Shown: positions 28,355 through 36,826 of the stretch, one piece after another
How the letters are laid out: every line of letters starts with the position of its first letter
How positions within the stretch are numbered: position 1 is the stretch's first letter
Source of the DNA: Polyangiaceae bacterium
GTDB lineage: Bacteria; Myxococcota_A; Polyangia; Polyangiales; Polyangiaceae
DNA length: 64,000 nucleotides
Assembly: GCA_050287085.1 (NCBI GenBank)
Contig: JBNKBE010000017.1
Location: forward strand, 32,419-96,418
Direction: 5' to 3'
The notes under the pieces: generated by a model
The model's input: only the letters and a program-made list of their open reading frames with translations
What the model was told of the DNA's origin: nothing
Database searches by the model: none
Made by a program: the position numbers and the translations under genes

Positions 28355-29305
28355 ATGACCACCAGGCCCAAGTTCCGTATTCAGGCGGTAGCGGAGAAGA
28401 CCGGCGTCCCGGCCGCGACCTTGCGCGCTTGGGAGCGACGCTATGGCCTTCCAAGACCCCAACGCACACAGGCAGCGTATCGCATGTATTCGGAAAACGA
28501 CGTCCGGGACATCCTGAAGTTGCGCTCGCTCTGCGATGCCGGGCTGTCCGTAAGTCAAGCCGCCGCAACGCTCCTCGACAACTCCGATTCGTCCCCCAAG
28601 CCCCCCACAGGGAGCGCCCCCCGACGGACGAGCTCCAACGGGGTGTATTCGGAGGCGATCAACCGATTCATTGCCGCGACGCGCCGCATGGACGCGACGG
28701 AAATGGCTGCGGTACTGGCGCCTGCGGCGCTGCTTGGATCGCCGGGAGACGTGTACACAGGGATGATCGTGCCGACGATGGTCACCGTGGGTGACCTCTG
28801 GCAACGCGGAGAGCTCTCAACCGGACACGAGCATGCCGCCACTGAGCTTGTCATCGGTACTGTTCGTCAGCTTCTGCAGCTGGCGCAGCCACGAGTCGCC
28901 ACAAGGCGCTGCCTCCTCGCGTGTTTTGATGAAGAATTACACGTACTGCCACTCTATGGTGTGGCGTTTCTCCTCGCCGAGTTGGGCGTTCAGTCAACGG
29001 TCTTGGGGGCCCGCACGCCCCCTGCTGCGATCGCTGCCGCGGTGCGCGCCCTGGACCCCACACTCATCGGGCTGAGCGCAACCGTGTTGCCATCTCGTAG
29101 CCGAATTCTTGAACTGGCAGAAAGCTACGCATCGGCGGCTGGCTCATGCCCCTGGGTGGTGGGTGGGGCGGCAGCGAGAGCCATGAGCCCGTGGATCGAA
29201 CGAGCCGGAGGACGGGTTGCAAGCGACACACCTGAGGGCGTGCGCGAGCAACTGAGTGCACTGATAGAACACAAGCGAGGAAGATCGATCCGTGACACGC
29301 ATTGA
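28355..29305 (+). CDS. carH: CarH/LitR adenosylcobalamin-dependent photoreceptor repressor (MerR + B12-binding)
   Basis: LRAWERRYG DNA-binding motif; W-x9-EH (WQRGELSTGHEH); ExH-x2-P (ELHVLP); LGARTP and IGLS; adjacent to crt genes. Confidence 0.9.
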   Translation: MTTRPKFRIQAVAEKTGVPAATLRAWERRYGLPRPQRTQAAYRMYSENDVRDILKLRSLCDAGLSVSQAAATLLDNSDSSPKPPTGSAPRRTSSNGVYSEAINRFIAATRRMDATEMAAVLAPAALLGSPGDVYTGMIVPTMVTVGDLWQRGELSTGHEHAATELVIGTVRQLLQLAQPRVATRRCLLACFDEELHVLPLYGVAFLLAELGVQSTVLGARTPPAAIAAAVRALDPTLIGLSATVLPSRSRILELAESYASAAGSCPWVVGGAAARAMSPWIERAGGRVASDTPEGVREQLSALIEHKRGRSIRDTH

Positions 29306-29768
29306 AGGACGTCTAGCCCGCCTGGTGACGTACGCCTGTGCAGCGCTTTGCATTCCGCTCGCAACGGCTAGCCCGGCCCAGGGAGGGGCAAGCGAGGTGC
29401 AACTAACGGTGGTCGTTCGCAGCCTGCGAAGCGCAAAAGGGAACCTGGCCGTAGCTCTATTCCGTACCCCAGATTCCTTTCCCGATCGAGCCAAGGCCTT
29501 TCGCGGCAAAGTGCAGAAGCTCACAGGAAAGAGCGCCCGCGTTGGGTTCGAAAGGCTACCGCCAGGAGTCTATGCTATCGCGGTTCTGCATGATGAAAAT
29601 GCCAACAACAAGATGGACTTCAGCTGGCTTGGTATGCCGCAAGAAGGGTATGGCTTTTCGCGCGATGCAGCCGTTCGCTTTGGTCCGCCAAGCTTTGACG
29701 AAGCCGCGATCACCCTAGAGCGAGCGCAATCGGAGGCGCGAATCGAAGTGCGCTACTTCGAGCTGTAG
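29292..29768 (+). CDS. DUF2141 family exported protein
   Basis: Signal peptide; GVYAIAVLHDENANNKMD, GMPQEGYGFS and FGPPSFDEA motifs. Confidence 0.9.
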   Translation: MTRIEGRLARLVTYACAALCIPLATASPAQGGASEVQLTVVVRSLRSAKGNLAVALFRTPDSFPDRAKAFRGKVQKLTGKSARVGFERLPPGVYAIAVLHDENANNKMDFSWLGMPQEGYGFSRDAAVRFGPPSFDEAAITLERAQSEARIEVRYFEL

Positions 29769-29940
29769 GGGCCCGCGGACGGGAAAGTGAGTCGCGAGCC
29801 GGTCGAGACCGCCGCGAGGTGGGTGCGTGAGGCGAGAGCACCGCAGAGCTACTGGAGCAGCTCGAGGAGGGCCGCGACGAACCCACACGCCGCAGCAAGA
29901 GGATCAGCCGGCGCCGCAGGACTTTCCCGTCCGCGGGACC
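29769..29940. mobile_element. MITE-like element (family B), 172 bp with 20-bp terminal inverted repeats
   Basis: gggcccgcggacgggaaagt (29769-88) vs actttcccgtccgcgggacc (29921-40), 19/20 match; nested internal inverted repeats; partial second copy at 12711. Confidence 0.7.
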
Positions 29941-30008
29941 GCAAGCCAACGCGGTCTGTCTTCCAGCATCGCGATCTCGAACTCGATAGCGCCAATCTTA
30001 GCCGACCA

Positions 30009-31205
30009 TCAAGCAACGACCGAACGCACCCAACCACGAAATATGGCCGCCGCATCGTAGCGCCCAATGCTCGAGGCGACTTCTGCCGCGCGCAAACGAA
30101 GAGCAGGCGAGCTCAAGGCATGCTGCACGTGGCGCAGAACCTCTTGACTCGATGCGTTGCGCGCGGGCAAGGTGATGCCTGCGCCCACCCCTTCGATGAC
30201 TTCGCTTGCCAAGTACTGATCGAGATTTGTAGGGATCCCCAGAACAGGCGCCCCCGCTTTGAGAGCCTGGTAGCCCGTAGAGCTTCCGCCGTTGGTGATG
30301 ACAAGGCTGGCGACGCGGGCCACGCTCGCGCCCCGCACGAAGTCGAACACCCTCCTTCGCTCATGCTCTGCTGGCCCCGAGCCTCTGCCGGCCGTAGCCA
30401 CCAAGACACGCACCGGCAAATCGTCGAGCGCGCTCAGGAGCGCAGGTAGCATGGCCCGTTTGCCGGACGAGCCCAGGGTGACGTAGATCAGGGGCAAAGC
30501 GCTATCCCCCCACGAGACATCGTCGGCTCCGTTCCGCGGCTGCCAATCAACAACCCCCAGGTAGCGGTGCGAGTGAGGCGCTTTCGTCGGGACCAGCTCG
30601 GGCGTGTCTGCGTACAAGACAAAGTCGCCGTAGGTCAATGCTTGCTGCAATGAGCCAACCGGAGCCAGGCCATGTTTTCTTCGAAGCGCGTTGAGGGGTG
30701 CCGCGAAGTGTTCAAACGCTCGCGGCAACGCTTTGGGAAAGTACTTCTGCGCCAGTCGCTCGCCGACCCAAGTGATGATCGGGTGATCCGGCAGCGGAAA
30801 GGCGGTGCGCGGGTGGAACGGGCTCCAATAGGCGTTGATCAAGACGCCGCAGGGCACACCATGGAGCTCGCAACTAGTAGCAAGAGAGAGGCGAAAGTCG
30901 CCCACTACAAGCTCCGGCTTTACCCTCGCAAGCAGCTCCAGCTCGCTCTGAAGATAGCGATCCAAGACCGGCTCTTCGTAGAGGCGCCGGCCACGAGCGA
31001 GCAAACGCATTGCCGCTTCCGACGGTAGAGTCTCGACGACATGGTGGGCCGCAACCAAACCGTCGAACAGAAACTCTGGAAAGTGCGATGCCGCGAAATG
31101 GACGTCAAACTGATCGTGCGGCAGGGCACGCGCTAGTTCAACCAGCCTCACCACTTGGGCAAGCGTAATATCTTCGGCCACAAAGAGGATCCTTGGACGA
31201 CGCAC
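30009..31205 (-). CDS. GT-B glycosyltransferase (GT1/MGT-like)
   Basis: IYVTLGSSG, VITNGGSSTGYQAL and PVLGIPTNLDQ motifs; divergent from crtY. Confidence 0.85.
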   Translation of the reverse strand: MRRPRILFVAEDITLAQVVRLVELARALPHDQFDVHFAASHFPEFLFDGLVAAHHVVETLPSEAAMRLLARGRRLYEEPVLDRYLQSELELLARVKPELVVGDFRLSLATSCELHGVPCGVLINAYWSPFHPRTAFPLPDHPIITWVGERLAQKYFPKALPRAFEHFAAPLNALRRKHGLAPVGSLQQALTYGDFVLYADTPELVPTKAPHSHRYLGVVDWQPRNGADDVSWGDSALPLIYVTLGSSGKRAMLPALLSALDDLPVRVLVATAGRGSGPAEHERRRVFDFVRGASVARVASLVITNGGSSTGYQALKAGAPVLGIPTNLDQYLASEVIEGVGAGITLPARNASSQEVLRHVQHALSSPALRLRAAEVASSIGRYDAAAIFRGWVRSVVA

Positions 31206-31293
31206 GACGAGCTTCTAGTCCTCGGCCGCGCCGCGTCTAGAAGCGCGCAGTAGGTCGGGGCTCGGCTGGCGAGCCCAAAAGATGGAGTCCCTC

Positions 31294-31321
31294 TTGCCAA
31301 CCTTGGACACAACCTTAGACA
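31294..31321 (+). promoter_or_regulatory. Probable CarH operator upstream of crtY
   Basis: TTGCCA / TGGACA / TAGACA hexamers (spacing 10 and 12), including the direct repeat caaccttggaca-caaccttagaca, ending 6 nt before the crtY ATG. Confidence 0.55.
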
Positions 31322-31327
31322 GTCGCC

Positions 31328-32578
31328 ATGTCACCGGCTGCACCCCCGCAGGAGAACGAGCACTACGACTGGCTGCTCGTCGGAGGCGGCCTCCAGAACG
31401 GGTTAATAACCCTAGGCATTCTCGCCGCTCGGCCTGAAGCAAAGATCGCGCTGATTGATCCGAAGGAACGCCCCGGACACGCGCACACCTGGTGCTTTCA
31501 CAAGAGCGACCTCGATGGCCCAATGGACTCGTGGTTCGAGCCACTGGTGGCTCACCGTTGGCCAACCCAGCGCGTGGTCTTCCCCGAGCGACAACGCCGA
31601 CTCACAACTGAATACTGCATGGTGCCCGGCGCACACTTCGCCCAGTACCTCGAGGCGAAACTAAGAAACTCGGCAAACGCGCGGCATGTGAAGGCACGGG
31701 CTGTCGAAGTCGACAGCGACCGCGTCGTTCTCGCCGATGGCCGTGTCCTGACCGGGCATATCGTGATTGACGCGCGAGGTCCCAGCGCACCCAACACGGG
31801 TCCCGTGACCGCAGGCACCAAAGATTGCGGCCTCCGTTCATCGGTCGCATTCCAGAAATTCTTCGGACTCGAACTCTGGCTCTCTTCACCAATTTCCGCC
31901 CCGCAGCAGGAGCCTGTCTTGATGAATGCCTGCGTGCCGCAAAAGGACGGGTTTCGCTTCTTCTACCAGCTACCGCTCGGTGCCAAGCGCATTCTCATAG
32001 AAGACACGTACTATAGTGAGGACCCGAAACTAGAACCACAGCGGCTGCAAGGCGACATTCTGGAGTATGCGCGGTCTCAGGGGTTCACCGTAGAACGCAT
32101 ACTCCGAAAGGAGTCTGGTGTTCTGCCACTGCCGCTCGCTCCGGAAGGAGTGGCGCGAGAGAGAAGAATGCGCTCTCCACTGAAGGCCGGCTACAGCGGT
32201 GGCTTCACGCATCCAACCACCGGATACAGTTTGCCCTTTGCACTAATGCTTGCGCGGCACATTTCTCCATTGGTTCCGGAGCAGGTCTTCGATGGCGCAC
32301 TCGTTGCGATAGAGCGCACGAAAGTCGCCCAACGACGATTCTGCGTTCGTCTCAACCAACTGCTGTTCTGGGGGTTCGAAGCGCAAGATCGCTTCCGCGT
32401 ATTGGAACGCTTCTATGGTCTTCCTCAGCCCTTGATCGAGCGCTTCTACGCGCTGAATACGAGTACCTGGGACAAGATTCGCATTGTGAGTGGCTTACCC
32501 CCCCCCGGCTTCTCTCTGCGCCGCTACATACGCCGCCACCAGTCCCGCTCCGCCGAAATCCAGGTCGTTCACTCATGA
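31328..32578 (+). CDS. crtY: Lycopene beta-cyclase (CrtY type)
   Basis: LVGGGLQNG, HTWCFH, VIDARG, AFQKFFG, IEDTYYS, ESGVLP and HPTTGYSLP motifs. Confidence 0.92.
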   Translation: MSPAAPPQENEHYDWLLVGGGLQNGLITLGILAARPEAKIALIDPKERPGHAHTWCFHKSDLDGPMDSWFEPLVAHRWPTQRVVFPERQRRLTTEYCMVPGAHFAQYLEAKLRNSANARHVKARAVEVDSDRVVLADGRVLTGHIVIDARGPSAPNTGPVTAGTKDCGLRSSVAFQKFFGLELWLSSPISAPQQEPVLMNACVPQKDGFRFFYQLPLGAKRILIEDTYYSEDPKLEPQRLQGDILEYARSQGFTVERILRKESGVLPLPLAPEGVARERRMRSPLKAGYSGGFTHPTTGYSLPFALMLARHISPLVPEQVFDGALVAIERTKVAQRRFCVRLNQLLFWGFEAQDRFRVLERFYGLPQPLIERFYALNTSTWDKIRIVSGLPPPGFSLRRYIRRHQSRSAEIQVVHS

Positions 32579-33597
32579 ATACGTCAACCTCCGTCCCGAC
32601 TCCGAGCTACCCCACGCCGCTCGCGGCCAGCGTCCGGAGCTACTTTTTACTACGCGCGCAAGGCCCCGCGGCTTTTCCTCCGACATGGCAGGGGGCACTG
32701 TGCGATCCGGTTGTTGGCTTTCTGCAACGTCCCGGAAAGGAGCTCAGAAGCACGCTGATGCAGGCCATCTACGCAGCTGTCGGTGGTACGGGTCATTGCC
32801 CGGCAGCGTGCGTCCAGATCATCGAGGCACTGCACGCGGGTTCGCTGATTGTCGACGACATCGAAGACGACTCTCAGACGCGGCGGGGAGCTCCCGCTCT
32901 GCATCTCCAGATAGGTGTTCCGGCCGCTCTCAACGCTGGAAACTGGCTCTACTTCTGGGCCATGGACCAACTATGCGACCTAGCGCTATCACCCGAGCGA
33001 CATGTCTCCCTGTTCAAGGCGACGGCCAGAGTGTTGGCCCGATGCCATGAAGGGCAAGCTCTCGACCTCGCAGCACGCGTGTTTGAGCTGGAACAAGCAG
33101 AAGTCGCGAACCTGGTAGCGACAACAACGACACTCAAGACAGGAGCTCTGCTCAGTCTTGCTGCGCGCCTGGCAACCGAAAGCGCAGCGGCTTCGCTCGA
33201 CACAATCCGACGGATGGAGCAGCTCGGCGCCGAACTGGGTACGGCGCTGCAAATGCTCGATGACCTCAGCGCGCTATTGAATCCGGAGCGTTGGAACAAA
33301 GGGGAGGAAGACCTTGTGCTAGGACGAACGACGTGGCCGTGGGCATGGATCGCCAACTGCGAGTCCAGGACCGCCTTCAAGAAGTTGCAGCAACTAGCGG
33401 AAAAAGCACACCGCGACCCACGACTTGTTGAAACTCTGGCCCAAAAGCTCCGCGTAGCGCTTCGCGGCTCTGGTCGGATGCACATTCGCCGACAGCTGCA
33501 TAAAGCTCGCTCGACAATCGAGTCGGTGCCCTTGACACCACAAGGTCTGGACTCGTTGTTTCAAGAACTCAAACGCCTGGAGCGAAGCTATGGCTAG
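32575..33597 (+). CDS. crtE: Polyprenyl (GGPP) synthase
   Basis: GKELR, HAGSLIVDDIEDDSQTRRG, GQALDL, KTG and QMLDD motifs. Confidence 0.88.
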   Translation: MNTSTSVPTPSYPTPLAASVRSYFLLRAQGPAAFPPTWQGALCDPVVGFLQRPGKELRSTLMQAIYAAVGGTGHCPAACVQIIEALHAGSLIVDDIEDDSQTRRGAPALHLQIGVPAALNAGNWLYFWAMDQLCDLALSPERHVSLFKATARVLARCHEGQALDLAARVFELEQAEVANLVATTTTLKTGALLSLAARLATESAAASLDTIRRMEQLGAELGTALQMLDDLSALLNPERWNKGEEDLVLGRTTWPWAWIANCESRTAFKKLQQLAEKAHRDPRLVETLAQKLRVALRGSGRMHIRRQLHKARSTIESVPLTPQGLDSLFQELKRLERSYG

Positions 33598-35122
33598 CCC
33601 GGGTCTCGAGCAGGACGGCACGCGACACCGTCGGGCCGCCGTCATCGGTAGCGGCTTCGGCGGTCTCGCCGCGGCGATTCGCCTACAGGCAGCTGGCCTC
33701 CAATGCGATCTCTTTGAAGCCCGAGATAAGCCTGGGGGACGCGCCTACGTGTACGAACAGGACGGCTTCAAATTCGACGGTGGACCCACCGTAATCACCG
33801 CTCCCGAATGCCTGGAGGAGCTGTTCGAGTTGGCTGGTGAAAAGCTGTCAGACCACGTCGACATGCTGCCGGTGACGCCCTTCTATCGGTTGCTGTGGCC
33901 AGATGGTGACAGCTTTGACTACGTTAACGGTCCAGCGCTCGAACAGCAGATTCTTCGCCGAAGCGAGCAGGACCTGTTGGGCTACGAGAAGTTCCTGACG
34001 TACTCGAAGCAGGTATTCGACAAGGGCTATCGCGAACTGGCCGCGTCACCGTTCTTGAACTTCCGCGACATGCTGCGCGTCGCGCCTGATCTGATCCGCT
34101 TGCGCGCTGATCGGTCGGTCTATGCAACCGTTGCTCGCTTCCTACGGGACGAGCATCTCAGACAGGCGTTCAGCTTTCATTCTCTTCTCGTCGGTGGAAA
34201 CCCGTTTGATACCAGTGCCATCTACACATTGATCCACTTTCTCGAACGGAAGTGGGGTGTGTTCTTTCCTCGCGGCGGAACGGGTGCGCTCGTTCTGGCG
34301 TTGGTCTCGCTCTTTCAGCGTCTAGGCGGAAGCCTGCATCTCTCAACCCCAGTGACCAAAGTGGACCTCATCAGAGGCAAAGGCCGGCCCCAACACCGCG
34401 TCACGACCAACAGGGGAAGCGCGAACTACGACATCGTCGTTTCCAACGCGGACGTCCACCACACCTACAAGCGGCTGTATGGCGCGGTCCCAGCCGCCCG
34501 TCGGCGTGCCTCCAAGTTGGAGCGGCAACGGTGGTCGATGTCGCTCTTCGTACTCTACTTTGGAACCAACAGAACCTACCCAGAGCTCGCGCATCACACA
34601 GTGCTATTCGGGCACCGCTACCGCGAGTTGTTGACCGATATCTTCGAGGGACACGAGCTGGCAAGAGACTTCAGCCTGTACCTGCACGCGCCCACGGCAA
34701 CCGACCGCTCCATGGCGCCTGCCGGTTGTGGTTCGTTCTATGTTCTCAGCCCCGTACCTCACCTCGGACAACACGACCCGCACTGGGAGCAGGTGGGAGC
34801 GGCATACGCGGAGCGCATCCTATGTGCCTTGGAGGAGCGCATCATGCCGAACTTGCGCCGGCATGTCATCACCCGCCACTTCATCACGCCGAAAGACTTC
34901 CAGCGCGATCTTGGTGCGTTTCAAGGTTCGGCTTTTTCGGTGGCTCCGACCCTCGGACAGAGCGCGTGGTTTCGCCCCCACAATCAGGACGATGCTATTC
35001 CGGGGCTCTACCTGGTGGGTGCAGGCACACACCCCGGAGCGGGACTGCCCGGAGTCATCAACTCCGCCAAGGCCACCGCTCAGTTGATCCTCTCGTCTCC
35101 GCAGGAAGGGTGTTCCGCATGA
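33590..35122 (+). CDS. crtI: Phytoene desaturase
   Basis: VIGSGFGGL, EARDKPGGRA, FDGGPTVIT, FSFHSLLVGGNPF and YLVGAGTHPGAGLPGV motifs. Confidence 0.96.
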   Translation: MASPGLEQDGTRHRRAAVIGSGFGGLAAAIRLQAAGLQCDLFEARDKPGGRAYVYEQDGFKFDGGPTVITAPECLEELFELAGEKLSDHVDMLPVTPFYRLLWPDGDSFDYVNGPALEQQILRRSEQDLLGYEKFLTYSKQVFDKGYRELAASPFLNFRDMLRVAPDLIRLRADRSVYATVARFLRDEHLRQAFSFHSLLVGGNPFDTSAIYTLIHFLERKWGVFFPRGGTGALVLALVSLFQRLGGSLHLSTPVTKVDLIRGKGRPQHRVTTNRGSANYDIVVSNADVHHTYKRLYGAVPAARRRASKLERQRWSMSLFVLYFGTNRTYPELAHHTVLFGHRYRELLTDIFEGHELARDFSLYLHAPTATDRSMAPAGCGSFYVLSPVPHLGQHDPHWEQVGAAYAERILCALEERIMPNLRRHVITRHFITPKDFQRDLGAFQGSAFSVAPTLGQSAWFRPHNQDDAIPGLYLVGAGTHPGAGLPGVINSAKATAQLILSSPQEGCSA

Positions 35123-36072
35123 ACAGTTCAACAAACGACTGCTACAGCAGCATGCAGCGACACAGCAAGAGCTTTGCACTAGCAGCAATGCTGCTACCCG
35201 CCCGCAAGCGAGACGCGGCGGCAGTACTCTATGCTTGGTGCCGTCGCGCCGACGACGCGGTTGACATGCAGCCTGCCGAGCAGCAACGGTCCGCTCTATT
35301 CGCCCTGCGACGCGAACTCGCTTTGGTGTATTCGACGGCCGAACTCTCGACGACCTTGCTTTGCCAGTTCCGTGCTGTCATCCAGCGCTTTGACATCCCC
35401 CAATGTTACCCCGAAGCATTGCTTGATGGCATGGCCATGGACGTCGAGGGGTATGTCTATGCCAGCTACGCCGACCTGACGTTGTACTGCTACCGGGTGG
35501 CGTCCACGGTTGGGCTGATGATGTGCCATGTGATGGGGGTTACCGATCCAGTCGCGCTTCGCCACGCCGCGGCCCTGGGCGTCGCAATGCAACTGACCAA
35601 TATCGCTCGGGACGTCCGAGAAGACTGGGAACGAGGAAGAGTGTACCTGCCGCGAGACATCGTGTTGGCTACCGAGATAGAAATCACGCCAGGCACCCCA
35701 CTTGTCCCGGGCTCGCCCGTAGAACACGCACTGGCCCGAAGCACCCTGCTACTGCTTGAGCACAGCGAACACTACTACCGCGAAGGCGACGCCGGACTGC
35801 GCTATCTGTCCATGATGGATGCCGTTGCGGTGTCGGCGGCGCGGCATGTCTACCACGAGATCGGTGCTGTGGTACGCTCGCAGGCTTGCAGTCCCCTCGC
35901 CCCTCGTGCCGTCGTGCCCTTTCGGCGCAAGCTGCAACTCGTAGCGCGAGGTATGGTCAGCGCACTCAGCTCCCGCTGGCAAAGAAACACCGCGAGAGCG
36001 CTGCCCGCGCTCCCTGGTACGACCGAGCCTCCGCCGTTTTCACTTAACGTGAACCCGGAACGCATGTCATGA
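35119..36072 (+). CDS. crtB: Phytoene synthase
   Basis: ATGA overlap with crtI; HSKSF, YAWCRRADDAVD, YCYRVASTVG and MQLTNIARDVREDWERGRVYLP motifs. Confidence 0.95.
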   Translation: MNSSTNDCYSSMQRHSKSFALAAMLLPARKRDAAAVLYAWCRRADDAVDMQPAEQQRSALFALRRELALVYSTAELSTTLLCQFRAVIQRFDIPQCYPEALLDGMAMDVEGYVYASYADLTLYCYRVASTVGLMMCHVMGVTDPVALRHAAALGVAMQLTNIARDVREDWERGRVYLPRDIVLATEIEITPGTPLVPGSPVEHALARSTLLLLEHSEHYYREGDAGLRYLSMMDAVAVSAARHVYHEIGAVVRSQACSPLAPRAVVPFRRKLQLVARGMVSALSSRWQRNTARALPALPGTTEPPPFSLNVNPERMS

Positions 36073-36638
36073 AGTCCCTTGCTACCTATGTTGGTCGCGT
36101 GAGGCACTTCTCGAGGCAGGACTGGCTAATCTACGTCGCGTGGGTGGGCACGATGTTCGGATTGGTCATCACCACCGGAACATTTCTCTTGGTTGGAGAA
36201 ACTTCGGGAGTTGAACTGCCCGACGTCGCGTGGCTCGTCCCGGTTGGCGCACTGGTATTTGCTCTGAGTATCGCCATCGACACCATAGGACACCGAACCG
36301 TATACCGAGCGGCCATCGTCGAAGCGGAAGGCCTTGTTCATGGCATAACGATACTTTGCGGAGTGAGCAGCTGTATCTTGCTGTGCGCCGCCTACTCATT
36401 CGGCGCCCCCGCGTGGATCCCAGCGCTGGTCTTGACGGTGTTGTCCTTCGTATACAGCATGGTCGACGAGGTTTTTCACTGGCGACGGTACCTCGCCAAC
36501 AAGTCAGATCCCGTAGAAATGTGGAGTCATCTCGGAATTCTCACGGGCCACGGCGTGATGATGTTGGCGTGGTGGAAGTGGTACTTCGATGGCTACGCTG
36601 GCGTAGCCGAAACGTTACGCGCCCTCGGCGCTTCGTAG
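36069..36638 (+). CDS. Hypothetical His/Asp/Glu-rich membrane protein in the crt operon
   Basis: ATGA overlap with crtB; about 5 hydrophobic segments; duplicated D-x3-H...E-x3-H pattern. Confidence 0.8.
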   Translation: MKSLATYVGRVRHFSRQDWLIYVAWVGTMFGLVITTGTFLLVGETSGVELPDVAWLVPVGALVFALSIAIDTIGHRTVYRAAIVEAEGLVHGITILCGVSSCILLCAAYSFGAPAWIPALVLTVLSFVYSMVDEVFHWRRYLANKSDPVEMWSHLGILTGHGVMMLAWWKWYFDGYAGVAETLRALGAS

Positions 36639-36682
36639 CACGGCTCTATCGCACCACCACGGCCGAGCGCGACCGGAGCTGG

Positions 36683-36787
36683 AAGGCTGTGCCGCAACCG
36701 GCCTCCCAAGACTGAACCCCCGCCACCGGCCGAACCCCAAACCGCGGGGAGCTAGCATGCGCGCTCCCCGCTCCTCCGCTCAAAGCT
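36683..36787 (+). repeat. Dispersed intergenic repeat family A, copy 1
   Basis: About 90/106 identity by hand alignment to the reverse complement of 52257-52362; internal hairpin gcggggagc/gctccccgc. Confidence 0.85.
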
Positions 36788-36826
36788 GTGAGTGGAGGCT
36801 CTTCGCTTGCAAGACGATAGGCCACG

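Noticed and set aside
34252..35118. 606-aa ORF suggesting an N-terminally extended CrtB
   Set aside because: The extension overlaps crtI in another frame; the ATGA-coupled start at 35119 is the plausible one.
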